Assembly (NCBI GenBank): GCA_016936115.1
Contig: JAFGPQ010000037.1
Location: 3,897-67,896, forward strand
DNA length: 64,000 nucleotides
DNA from: Spirochaetales bacterium
GTDB taxonomy: Bacteria; Spirochaetota; Spirochaetia; DSM-2461
Reading direction: 5' to 3'
Part shown: positions 27,988 through 36,664 of the stretch, in pieces
How positions within the stretch are numbered: the first letter of the stretch is position 1
Layout: each line of letters starts with the position of its first letter
Made by a program: the position numbers and the translations under genes
Notes under the pieces: generated by a model
What the model saw: the letters and a program-made list of their open reading frames with translations, nothing else
Told to the model about the DNA's origin: nothing
The model's database searches: none

Positions 27988-28101
27988 GGCGCAGGCTATT
28001 TAATTGTAATACAGGATTTTATATTTTATACATTTTCGTAAACATCATAGTATATATTACGTTATAGTAGTTTTGTGTCTTAAACCAACAAAAAGGTAAC
28101 T

Positions 28102-28755
28102 TTAAACAAGTGGCCCCAGAAGCCCTATAGTCAGAGCGATATGGGCGGCGTAATAGGTGGGGAGGATCAGCTTCCTCAACGAGGTAAGACCCATAAATTC
28201 CGCTTCCGCAATACAGGTATCTGAGAATACGATTAGCCCGATTCCGGTGATGAAGGAGAACTTACTCCATCCGTCCGCCTGAAACCCAATGGCCAGGGCC
28301 AGAGAGAAGCAGGATATTATCAAATAGAGAAAGACGGCGACTTTAAGGGACATCTCCTTTAATCGAAAGTAGATGCGGGTAAAGAAATAGATAAGAAAGG
28401 GAACAAGCAGAAGAAGCAGAGGAATGATTGAGAATGCCGCTTCTCCGCTGATATATACCAGATAAAAGAGATGGGCCATGAAAAAGAGGCCGATGCCGTA
28501 AACGAACCAGAATGGCCGTTCCCCCCGGGGTCCCGTCTTATGGCTCAGAAAGAAATCTCCCCCGATAGAGAAGAGAAAGGCGGTCAGGATATAGCGGTAG
28601 CTGTTGTCCACATAGCCGGACAAATGGCAATAAAGGATGATAATCCCCATACAGGAGAGGGTGACAAGAGCCTTCAGGGGATAAAAATCGGTTTTGACAG
28701 CCAGAAATCCCAGAATAAGGGGAAGCAGCATAAGAGAATAAAACAGCATGGTCAC
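28102..28755 (-). CDS. YhhN-family (lysoplasmalogenase-like) membrane protein
   Basis: 217-aa ORF with about 8 TM helices and an SIGGDFFLS motif. Lower GC than its neighbours by eye. Confidence 0.6.
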   Translation of the reverse strand: MTMLFYSLMLLPLILGFLAVKTDFYPLKALVTLSCMGIIILYCHLSGYVDNSYRYILTAFLFSIGGDFFLSHKTGPRGERPFWFVYGIGLFFMAHLFYLVYISGEAAFSIIPLLLLLVPFLIYFFTRIYFRLKEMSLKVAVFLYLIISCFSLALAIGFQADGWSKFSFITGIGLIVFSDTCIAEAEFMGLTSLRKLILPTYYAAHIALTIGLLGPLV

Positions 28756-28778
28756 TCCTGATTCTAAAATATACCCCT

Positions 28779-30233
28779 TTATACCAGTAAATCAATGAGC
28801 TTCTGTTCTTTTTCGCCGACCGTTCCGCCCTCCTCTTCCCGGGAATCTATGACGGATCGGATCTCCCTGTGAACTTCCTTGGTCAGGGGGTATTTCCGGG
28901 CGATCCGGACGCCGAAGCTCAGAAGTATCAGGGGGACAAAGGTGACGATCATGCGAATGATAATCAGAACCGCTTCGGGCTGGTCCTGTTCCAGGGAAAC
29001 GAGAACCCCGTTCTGCAGGGTTTCCACGGGCTCCCGGTAGCCGACCCACCCCAGAAGGGCAAGCACCGTGGCCTGGGCGATGGCGGTGGTTGTCTTTCTC
29101 AGAAAGGTGAGCATGCCGCTGAAGCTGCCCGAACGGTTCTCACGAAAGGCAAGATCTCCCACATCCACCACGTCTCCGAACATGGTATAGGGTGTCACGA
29201 TGGCCCCGGCCAGGCCGATGCCCACCACAATCCCTACGGCGTAGAGCACGAGAAGGCTGGTCCCGGGCTGAATAAAGAAGAGCCCCAGACAGGCGATGGC
29301 CCAGATAACGGCTCCGGTAATGTAGGCATTCGTTTTACCCCATTTGTGGGAAATACGGGAGAAGAGGGGCACCGCGGCGACTTCGAAAATAATAAGAAGG
29401 CCCAGAAGGATATTCATGGCCTCGTAATTCTTCATCCAGTACTTCATATAGTGCCCTATGATCAGAACGATGATATCGAAGGCTATGAAGGTGAAGAGCT
29501 GAAGGGCCAGAAATTGGCGGAACACCCTTATTTTCAGGGGTTCGAACATGGCCTTGAACCACCCCTTCTCATAGGCTCGGGGAGGAACGGGCTTCTCAAA
29601 GGTAAAGAGGAAAGTGCCTATCCAGGGCAGGGCGAAGAAGAGGCCGAATACAACGCTCATGGCGATGTAACCCTTGCGGATACCCTCCACGTCGATCCCG
29701 AATCCGTTGATGATAAACAGGGGGAAAAGGGCGCACAGCAGGGAGGAAACCAGACTGAAGACAAGGCGTATGGAGTTGAGATTGGTCCTCTCCTCGTAGT
29801 CGGAAGTCAGTTCCGCGCTCATGGCCTGATAGGGAACCATGACCAGGGTAACTACGGTATTGAAGAACATGTAAGCCAGAAGTATGTAAAGAAAACGGGA
29901 GACTTCCGAATCATAGTTCACCGGGAACCAGAGCATGACGAAGGAGATGAAGATAAGGGGAATGCCCATCAGATAGTAGGGCCTGCGCCGTCCCCAGGGA
30001 GAGCGGGTCCTGTCGGAAAGATACCCCATGAAGGGATCGGTCACCGCGTCCCAGATCTTGCTGATGAGAAAGATCATGGCGCTGTAGGACGGATGGATTT
30101 TCACCACGTCTGTCAGAAAGACGGCATAGTAAAAATTGACGATATTGAAGGCGCCGCCCCCGTAGATATCGCCCATACCGAAAAACAGTCTGGTCGAAAG
30201 GGAGAGTTTCCCCTCCCTGCCCTTCTCTTTCAT
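28779..30233 (-). CDS. glycoside-pentoside-hexuronide (GPH):cation symporter family transporter
   Basis: 484-aa ORF with the GPH signature KIWDAVTDPFMGYLSDRTRSPWGRRRPY. Confidence 0.85.
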   Translation of the reverse strand: MKEKGREGKLSLSTRLFFGMGDIYGGGAFNIVNFYYAVFLTDVVKIHPSYSAMIFLISKIWDAVTDPFMGYLSDRTRSPWGRRRPYYLMGIPLIFISFVMLWFPVNYDSEVSRFLYILLAYMFFNTVVTLVMVPYQAMSAELTSDYEERTNLNSIRLVFSLVSSLLCALFPLFIINGFGIDVEGIRKGYIAMSVVFGLFFALPWIGTFLFTFEKPVPPRAYEKGWFKAMFEPLKIRVFRQFLALQLFTFIAFDIIVLIIGHYMKYWMKNYEAMNILLGLLIIFEVAAVPLFSRISHKWGKTNAYITGAVIWAIACLGLFFIQPGTSLLVLYAVGIVVGIGLAGAIVTPYTMFGDVVDVGDLAFRENRSGSFSGMLTFLRKTTTAIAQATVLALLGWVGYREPVETLQNGVLVSLEQDQPEAVLIIIRMIVTFVPLILLSFGVRIARKYPLTKEVHREIRSVIDSREEEGGTVGEKEQKLIDLLV

Positions 30234-30270
30234 AAGTCCTTTCCCCCTTGCCTTCCTATGATAGCACGGT

Positions 30271-30300
30271 TCGGGGAATTAATCGTCGGGGAATTAATCG
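30271..30300. repeat. perfect 15-bp tandem duplication (tcggggaattaatcg x2) spanning the metA stop codon
   Basis: Positions 30271-30285 are identical to 30286-30300. The metA TAA (30294-30296) lies in copy 2. Confidence 0.9.
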
Positions 30301-31214
30301 CCGATGGTACCGATATCGAAGGGGGTCTGCTGGTAGACGTAATAGTTGAGCCAGTTGGAGAAGAGCAGGAAAGCATGGCTTCGCCAGTTGACCACGGGCT
30401 GATTGGCCGGATTGTTCCCGGGAAAGTAATTCCGGGGCAGTTCGATGGCGTCACCCTTCTCCAGATCTCTTTCGTACTCCTGTTTCAGGGAGTCCGGCTC
30501 ATATTCCGAATGGCCGGTGACGAAAATCTGCCTTCCCCTTCTGTCGGAGACAATATAAACCCCGCTGTCCGGGGATTCGGAGAGTATCTCCAGCTCCGGA
30601 TGCTTAATGACATCCTCCCGACGCAGCTCCGCATGGCGGGAATGTGGGGCGAAAAAGAGATCGTCGAATCCCCGCAGAAGGGGAACGTGGGGAAGACTCT
30701 TCTGATGGGGGAAGATTCCGAACATCTTGCGGCCCAGGGAGTATTTGGGAATGTCGTAATGGAAATAGAGACCCGCCAGAGCAGCCCAGCAGATGTGCAG
30801 GGTGGAGAATACGTTGCGGCGGGACCATTCCATGATCCGGGAAAGTTCCGGCCAGTATCCCACCTCTTCATACTCCAGATGCTCCACCGGCGCCCCGGTT
30901 ATGATGAGACCGTCGAATTTCTGATCGGCCACCTCTTCGAAGGTGCGGTAGAATTTATCCAGATGGGTCTTGCTCGTATTTTTCGACTCGTGGCTGTCGG
31001 GATGGATAAAACTGATCTCCAGATGGAGCGGAGTATTACTCAGAAGTCTCAGAAGCTGGATTTCCGTCTCAATCTTCTTGGGCATCAGGTTAAGAATGAG
31101 GATCTTCAGGGCGCGGATATCCTGATGAAGGGCCCGGTCCTCTCCTATAATGAATATGTTTTCTCCCTCGAGCACTTTTCGCGCCGGAAGGTCATTGGCT
31201 ATTTTGACAGGCAT
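30294..31214 (-). CDS. metA: homoserine O-acyltransferase (MetA family)
   Basis: 306 aa from [35 protein letters not shown], the canonical MetA N-terminus. SD GGAG upstream. The ORF-track extension to 31577 is rejected. Confidence 0.92.
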   Translation of the reverse strand: MPVKIANDLPARKVLEGENIFIIGEDRALHQDIRALKILILNLMPKKIETEIQLLRLLSNTPLHLEISFIHPDSHESKNTSKTHLDKFYRTFEEVADQKFDGLIITGAPVEHLEYEEVGYWPELSRIMEWSRRNVFSTLHICWAALAGLYFHYDIPKYSLGRKMFGIFPHQKSLPHVPLLRGFDDLFFAPHSRHAELRREDVIKHPELEILSESPDSGVYIVSDRRGRQIFVTGHSEYEPDSLKQEYERDLEKGDAIELPRNYFPGNNPANQPVVNWRSHAFLLFSNWLNYYVYQQTPFDIGTIGD

Positions 31215-31353
31215 GTTTTCTCCTTCTGTTGTCGGAATTTCAATATAATCATTTTTCCGGCGCAGTTCCACCGAAAACCTGTAATCATGACTAAAAGAGT
31301 CGAATTTAATGACCCTTTCAAAGGGAATCGACAGAGAAAGTCGCTTTTTTTTA

Positions 31354-31383
31354 TTGACATCTAATGCTATGGGAACAAATAAT
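31354..31383 (+). promoter_or_regulatory. sigma70-like promoter TTGACA-N18-AATAAT, with the -10 box 5 nt from the nqrB-like ATG (leaderless candidate)
   Basis: Plus strand reads TTGACA tctaatgctatgggaaca AATAAT gaggt ATG. The GAGG is only 1 nt from the ATG, too close to act as an SD. Confidence 0.45.
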
Positions 31384-31388
31384 GAGGT

Positions 31389-32351
31389 ATGGGTGAAATT
31401 AAGAAGAAGCCGCTCATCCAGCGGCAAAAAGTTATGTTCCATGTTGTTTATGCACTGATTCCTCTGGCCCTGTTTTCCATCTACCTTTACGGCTGGCGGT
31501 CCCTGATGATCCTGGCCGTGGTAAATGCCGCGGGATTTCTCAGTGAATATATCTTTGCCCGGATTTATGCAAAGCAAGTGTCATCCGCCGTTTTCGTGAC
31601 GAATTTCCTCTTTGCCCTGTCCATGCCTCCCGCGGTTCCCCTGTGGATCGCCGCGGTGGGGGTCGCCTTCGGGGTCATCTTCGGAAAGATGGTTTTCGGC
31701 GGCTTCGGCAGAAACGTCTTCAATCCGGCCATATCCGGACGGGCTTTCGTATACATCAGCTTCGGCGTGCCCCTGACGGCGGGATTCGTCCAGCCGGCCA
31801 CGGGATTTCCCGGAGGATTCGCCTATTGGCTCCACGGCGTGGACGCCGTATCCCGGGCTACGCCCCGGGCCGCTCTCATGAGCGGCGAACCCTTCCCCCT
31901 GCTGAACCTGTTCCTGGGCAATACGGCCGGGTCCCTGGGTGAAACCAGCGCCCTGCTCATTCTGCTCGGCGCCGTCTACCTTATATGGAAGAAGGCGGCC
32001 AACTGGCGCATTATGGCCGCCGGTCTTATCGGATTCCTGGCCATGCACTCCGCTCTCTACTTCGGCGGCGCCGCCGGAGTGGATCCCCTGACAAGCCTGA
32101 TGACGGGAAGCCTTCTCTTCGGTCTCGTCTTCATGGCCACCGATCCGGTCTCCTCGTCCCAGACCACCGACGGGGGCCGCTGGATCTACGGACTGACCAT
32201 CGGCATACTCATCTCCCTGATCCGGGTCTTCTCGATCTGGGTGGAAGGGGTGACCTTTGCCATTCTCCTGGCCAATATGTTCGCTCCCCTGCTGGACCAC
32301 TATATGAAAGAGGCGAAAAAAAAGAAAAAACAGCGGGAGGCGGCCAAATGA
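31389..32351 (+). CDS. nqrB: NqrB/RnfD-family membrane subunit (320 aa)
   Basis: Polytopic protein. [14 protein letters not shown], flavinylation-type motif DAVSRAT, and ATDPVSS. Its stop overlaps the next start (ATGA). Confidence 0.85.
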   Translation: MGEIKKKPLIQRQKVMFHVVYALIPLALFSIYLYGWRSLMILAVVNAAGFLSEYIFARIYAKQVSSAVFVTNFLFALSMPPAVPLWIAAVGVAFGVIFGKMVFGGFGRNVFNPAISGRAFVYISFGVPLTAGFVQPATGFPGGFAYWLHGVDAVSRATPRAALMSGEPFPLLNLFLGNTAGSLGETSALLILLGAVYLIWKKAANWRIMAAGLIGFLAMHSALYFGGAAGVDPLTSLMTGSLLFGLVFMATDPVSSSQTTDGGRWIYGLTIGILISLIRVFSIWVEGVTFAILLANMFAPLLDHYMKEAKKKKKQREAAK

Positions 32352-32947
32352 GCAAAACCGGATTTTACGCCGAACGGATCAGACCGGTAGTAGTGACCGC
32401 TGTCCTGACAGCCATCTGCATCACCCTGGTCTCCGCGTTCTATCTCTCTACCCAGGACAGGGTGAAGGAGAACGAAGGGCTGGTTCTGAAAAGGGCGGTT
32501 CTCTTTGCGGCAGGCCTTAACGTGCCCGCCACGAATCAGGGGATCAACGAACTCTACGAGAGCCTGGTCACCGAAGACAACGGGGTATTCACCGTTAAGG
32601 ATACGTCGGGTAAGCCCGCGGCCTACGCCTTCATACAGACCGGACCCGGGCTCTGGGGCGAAATCGGCGCGGTGATCGCCTTCGACAGCAGCCTGTCTCA
32701 ATTCGCGGGGGTCGACTTCATCAGCCAGAACGAAACCCCCGGGCTGGGAGCCCGCATCACCGAGTCCTGGTTCAAGGAACAGCTGCGGGGCAAGGTGCCC
32801 CCTCTGAAGATGAATCCGGAAGGAACCGAGTCGTCGGCGCCCTCCGAAATCGACGCCATCACCGGGGCTTCCCGGACCAGCGAATACGCCCTGTCCCTTT
32901 TCAACAGGGCCGGAGAGAGAGCCGCTTCTCTCAAAGGAGGTAATTAA
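32348..32947 (+). CDS. nqrC: NqrC/RnfG-family FMN-binding subunit (199 aa)
   Basis: N-terminal TM helix, ETPGLGARI, and flavinylation motif DAITGAS. The ATG at 32348 is chosen; the ORF-track extension to 31985 overlaps nqrB. Confidence 0.8.
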   Translation: MSKTGFYAERIRPVVVTAVLTAICITLVSAFYLSTQDRVKENEGLVLKRAVLFAAGLNVPATNQGINELYESLVTEDNGVFTVKDTSGKPAAYAFIQTGPGLWGEIGAVIAFDSSLSQFAGVDFISQNETPGLGARITESWFKEQLRGKVPPLKMNPEGTESSAPSEIDAITGASRTSEYALSLFNRAGERAASLKGGN

Positions 32948-33540
32948 TGGCCGGTAAGGCACTGAAAACATTTACCGCCCCCCTGGGTAAGGACAATCCC
33001 GTTTTCGTTCAGATACTGGGAATCTGCTCCACCCTGGCGGTTACGAATAATCTTAAGAACACCGTGGTAATGGTACTGGGAGTGATGTTCACCACCACCC
33101 TCTCCTCCTTTACCTTCTCCCTCCTGCGCAAGGTAATACCCGGCAGGATACGAATGATCGCGGAAACCCTGATCATCGCCACCTTCGTTATTATCGTGGA
33201 CATCGTCCTGCGGGCCTTCATGCCGGAGATCTGGCAGCAGCTGGGCCCCTACGTGGGACTGATTATCACCAACTGTATCGTCATGGGCCGCATGGAGGCC
33301 TTTGCCGCCAGCAATCCCCCCGGGCTCAGCCTCATCGACGGCCTGGCCTCGGGCATGGGCTATGCCTACGTGCTGGTCATCATCGCCTTCTTCCGGGAAC
33401 TGCTCGGATCCGGTTCGGTCTGGGGATTCCCCCTGCTGGGCGATTGGTGGACCAACTGGGCCATCATGATAATGCCTCCCGGGGCGTTCTTCATGCTCGC
33501 CATTTTCATCTGGGTCGTCAAAGGGAGGAGCAAAGAATGA
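32947..33540 (+). CDS. nqrD: NqrD/RnfE-family subunit
   Basis: 197 aa. NPVFVQILGICSTLAV and ITNCIVMGR carry the conserved Cys pair. TAATG overlap with the previous gene. Confidence 0.88.
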   Translation: MAGKALKTFTAPLGKDNPVFVQILGICSTLAVTNNLKNTVVMVLGVMFTTTLSSFTFSLLRKVIPGRIRMIAETLIIATFVIIVDIVLRAFMPEIWQQLGPYVGLIITNCIVMGRMEAFAASNPPGLSLIDGLASGMGYAYVLVIIAFFRELLGSGSVWGFPLLGDWWTNWAIMIMPPGAFFMLAIFIWVVKGRSKE

Positions 33541-34127
33541 ATGATCTGATGCCTGTAGCCGTCTTTTTCGGCTCCATTTTTACCAGCAATATCCTGCTGG
33601 CCAACTACCTGGGAATGTGTTCGTTCCTCTCCGTTTCAAAGGAGATCGAAACCTCCGCCGGACTGGGGGCCGCGGTTATTTTCGTTATGGCCGTTACCAC
33701 CGCACTGAACTGGCTGGTTTACAACTACATTCTTCTGCCCCTGGGCCTTGATTATCTGCGTTTCATCGTCTTCATCGTGGTTATCGCCGGCTTTGTACAG
33801 CTGGTGGAAATGATTATTGAGAGAATAAGCGAAGGACTCTATGCCGCCCTGGGCATCTTCCTGCCCCTGATCACGGTGAACTGTGCCATTCTGGGTGTGA
33901 GCCTTTTTATGGTCATTAGAAACTACAACTTCATCAACAGCTTTTTCTTCGGCCTGGGAAGCGGTATCGGCTGGTTCCTCGCTATCATGGCCATGGCGGG
34001 CATTCGCAAGAAGATCGCCGGATCCCGAATACCCCGGGGACTGGAAGGCGCGGGAATCACCCTCATCATCGCCGGCATGATGGCCCTGGCCTTCATGGGT
34101 TTCTCCGGCATGATCAACGTAACCTAG
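33537..34127 (+). CDS. nqrE: NqrE/RnfA-family subunit
   Basis: 196 aa from MNDLMPVAVFF. LGMCSFLSV and ITVNCAILGV carry the Cys pair. ATGA overlap with nqrD. Confidence 0.88.
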   Translation: MNDLMPVAVFFGSIFTSNILLANYLGMCSFLSVSKEIETSAGLGAAVIFVMAVTTALNWLVYNYILLPLGLDYLRFIVFIVVIAGFVQLVEMIIERISEGLYAALGIFLPLITVNCAILGVSLFMVIRNYNFINSFFFGLGSGIGWFLAIMAMAGIRKKIAGSRIPRGLEGAGITLIIAGMMALAFMGFSGMINVT

Positions 34128-34137
34128 GAGGACGGGA

Positions 34138-35238
34138 ATGTTATCAGCACTGCTTATCAGCGTAGGCACGGTTACGGGGATTACGGTTTTTCTGGCGGTA
34201 ATCCTTGTTATTTCCGAAGCTTTTATCGCCAATTACGGAGAGGTGGAACTGACCATAAACGGCTCCAAAAAGCTGACAGTCAAGGGCGGCAGGCCTCTGC
34301 TGGGGACCCTTATCGAAGAGGAAATTTTCATCCCGTCCGCCTGCGGGGGACGGGGGTCCTGCGGTCTGTGCAAGCTCAAGGTGGAATCGGGCGCGGGACA
34401 GTACCTGCCCACGGAACTGCCCTGGATCAGCAAGGAGGAGCAGGGGGAGAACATCCGCCTCTCCTGCCAGGTCAAGGTTAAGCAGGACATGGCCATCCGC
34501 ATTCCGGAAGAGCTTTTCAGCGTCAAGCGCTACCAGACGAAGGTGGAATCCATCGTGGATCTGACCCATGATATCAAGGAACTGCGTATGAAGTTGCTCA
34601 AGCCGGACTTCATCGACTTCAAGGCGGGCCAGTTCGTCCAGATTCAGGTGCCCGAGTACAAGCTGAGCGACGAATCGGTCTTCCGGGCTTATTCGGTCTC
34701 CTCCGCTCCCTCGGAAACGGGTACGGTGGAGCTGGAAGTGCGCCTCGTTCCCGAAGGGATCTGTACCACCTGGGTCCATGAGTACCTGAAGGAAGGACAG
34801 GAGGTCACCATTAACGGCCCCTACGGGGATTTCTTTCTGAGGGACACGGAACGGGATATCGTCTGCATTGCCGGCGGTTCGGGAAATGCCCCCATCAAGT
34901 CGATCATGCTGGATATGGCGGAGAAGAAGAATCCCCGGAAGCTCACCTATTTCTACGGCGCCCGGACCAGGAAGGATCTGGTGCTTCCCGATGAGATGGA
35001 CAGGATTGCCCAATCCCTGGTCAACGGTAAATACGTGCCCGTTCTTTCCGAACCCTCCGACGAGGACGACTGGAGCGGCGAAACGGGCTTCGTTACCGAA
35101 ACGGTGGCCAACTTCCTGAAGTCGGGAGAGAATACCGAGGCCTATCTGTGCGGAAGCCCGGGGATGATCAACGCCTGTATCCAGGTGCTCACCGACAAGG
35201 GCGTCCCGGAAGAGCTGATCTATTACGATAAATTTTAA
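34138..35238 (+). CDS. nqrF: NqrF-type subunit: TM anchor, 2Fe-2S ferredoxin domain and FAD/NAD(H) reductase domain
   Basis: 366 aa. ACGGRGSCGLCK...LSCQV cluster motif, RAYSVSS FAD motif and IAGGSGNAPI NAD fold. Collinear with my recollection of Vibrio NqrF. Confidence 0.9.
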   Translation: MLSALLISVGTVTGITVFLAVILVISEAFIANYGEVELTINGSKKLTVKGGRPLLGTLIEEEIFIPSACGGRGSCGLCKLKVESGAGQYLPTELPWISKEEQGENIRLSCQVKVKQDMAIRIPEELFSVKRYQTKVESIVDLTHDIKELRMKLLKPDFIDFKAGQFVQIQVPEYKLSDESVFRAYSVSSAPSETGTVELEVRLVPEGICTTWVHEYLKEGQEVTINGPYGDFFLRDTERDIVCIAGGSGNAPIKSIMLDMAEKKNPRKLTYFYGARTRKDLVLPDEMDRIAQSLVNGKYVPVLSEPSDEDDWSGETGFVTETVANFLKSGENTEAYLCGSPGMINACIQVLTDKGVPEELIYYDKF

Positions 35239-35248
35239 GGAGGAGCCG

Positions 35249-35707
35249 ATGAAAGAAAATCCGGCCATGCATAAAATCATGGAAAACATGAAACCGGGGG
35301 TAATTGCCCTTCACGGTTTCCTGGGAAAGGACACCCGTAATTTCGAAGAGATAATCGATCATGACGCGGGAGAACTGGAAAGGCTCGAAACGGACCGGGA
35401 GACCCTGGCGGCAAAACTGGAAGAGATCCGGGACAAGGCCATGGAAGGTTTGGGAATATACGTGAAACTCAACGACACCTATATGGCCAAGGCCGATTCC
35501 ATCAGGGGTAAGATTCCCTGTCCCTTCGACCATCCCGGAGTCTACAGCAAGACGGTTATTACCATTCAGAATCTCAAGACCGATGAGGAGATGATCTATA
35601 CGGATCTGGGTATCCATCTGATACGTGAGCACGGTTTCTTCCAGGGAACGGGCAGCCTCTTCCGGATGGATCCGGAGAAACTGCACGATCTTCTGGAGAA
35701 TGACTGA
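35249..35707 (+). CDS. hypothetical protein (152 aa), translationally close-coupled to nqrF
   Basis: AAGGAGGAG SD, with the ATG 10 nt after the nqrF stop. A soluble, acidic protein with a predicted central helix. No family recognised. Confidence 0.6.
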   Translation: MKENPAMHKIMENMKPGVIALHGFLGKDTRNFEEIIDHDAGELERLETDRETLAAKLEEIRDKAMEGLGIYVKLNDTYMAKADSIRGKIPCPFDHPGVYSKTVITIQNLKTDEEMIYTDLGIHLIREHGFFQGTGSLFRMDPEKLHDLLEND

Positions 35708-35718
35708 TTCGAGAATGC

Positions 35719-35746
35719 TCCCCGGGGGATATACGCAACCCGGGGA
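35719..35746 (+). other. intercistronic stem-loop TCCCCGGG-N12-CCCGGGGA
   Basis: 8-bp GC-rich inverted repeat between the 152-aa ORF and the next membrane-protein gene. No U-tract follows. Confidence 0.4.
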
Positions 35747-35764
35747 AGCTGATATTCTGCTGTA

Positions 35765-36604
35765 ATGCTTAATATCCTTCTGGCCGTTCTGTGCGCCACC
35801 GGCGTATCCCAGATTCTCAAAATTACCGACCGGCATCACATGAGCGTGGAGCCGGTCTTTCTCATTAATTACGCCGTAGCCTCGGGAACAGCCTTTCTGC
35901 AGGGAGACATGTCCACCCTTCCCGTACCGGGAGAGACCCTGGGAACGGCGTTCTATGTCACGGCGATCCTTCTGGGCTTCGTTTTTATCGGAGCTTTTTA
36001 CATTTATCGGAAAACTATTGCGGAACTGGGGATCTCCCTCTCCGCGACTATCTCCCGACTCTCAGCGGGGCTGCCCCTGCTGGGCTCGGTACTCCTTTTT
36101 CACGAGAACCCTCTTATTCGGCAGATTCTGGGAATGGTTCTCATGTTCATCGCCATCCCTCTGGCATCGGACAAAACCGACGGTTCCCGACGGGGGGGAC
36201 ACAATATCTGGGGGTTTCTTCTCTTTCTTTCCTTCGGAATCAACGACTTTACCCTGAAAGTGGTAAGGGAGCTGTGGCCGGACACCAGCGAGGGGGCCTT
36301 TCTTTTCTTCGTGTTCCTGACATCTTTCCTCTCCGCCCTGGTACTTCTCGTAGTAAAAAAACAGAGAATCCGGGCCAATCTAATTTTACCCGGCGTTCTG
36401 CTGGGGATCATCAACCTGGGGTCATCCTTCTTTATTCTCAAGGCTCTCATGACCCTTCCCGCCATCGTGGTCTATCCGGTTCTGGCCATGGGCATTATCA
36501 TTCTGGGACTGGTAACGGGCATCCTCTTCTGGAAGGAGAAACTCACCCTGGGCCACGGCCTCTTCATACTCATCGCCTCCGGGGCGGTTCTGCTCATCTC
36601 CTGA
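35765..36604 (+). CDS. polytopic membrane protein, DMT/EamA-like (tentative)
   Basis: 279-aa ORF with about 10 hydrophobic helices in two similar halves. Confidence 0.6.
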   Translation: MLNILLAVLCATGVSQILKITDRHHMSVEPVFLINYAVASGTAFLQGDMSTLPVPGETLGTAFYVTAILLGFVFIGAFYIYRKTIAELGISLSATISRLSAGLPLLGSVLLFHENPLIRQILGMVLMFIAIPLASDKTDGSRRGGHNIWGFLLFLSFGINDFTLKVVRELWPDTSEGAFLFFVFLTSFLSALVLLVVKKQRIRANLILPGVLLGIINLGSSFFILKALMTLPAIVVYPVLAMGIIILGLVTGILFWKEKLTLGHGLFILIASGAVLLIS

Positions 36605-36664
36605 GGAGTGGGAAAGTTCGATTATAACGCTTTTTCGGTCTAGCCTTCTTCCCACAAGAGGTCT

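Noticed and set aside
28869-31364. An 831-aa open reading frame on the plus strand that spans the antisense of the GPH transporter gene, the intergenic gap and metA.
   Set aside because: - The translated sequence is low-complexity (rich in G, D, H, E, P and Q) with no recognisable motif.
- It lies exactly opposite two genes that have strong family signatures.
- Open antisense frames of this kind arise when the sense genes avoid the codons TTA, CTA and TCA, whose complements are stop codons.
31215-31388. A SAM riboswitch or attenuator upstream of metA, and a small hairpin with a T9 run (about 31330-31352).
   Set aside because: - No SAM-I, SAM-II or SAM-V consensus is visible.
- The hairpin stem is only 4 bp (CGAC/GTCG), and no gene lies upstream in that orientation.
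- The metA leader predicted from a TGaTTATAT extended -10 box is only about 30 nt.
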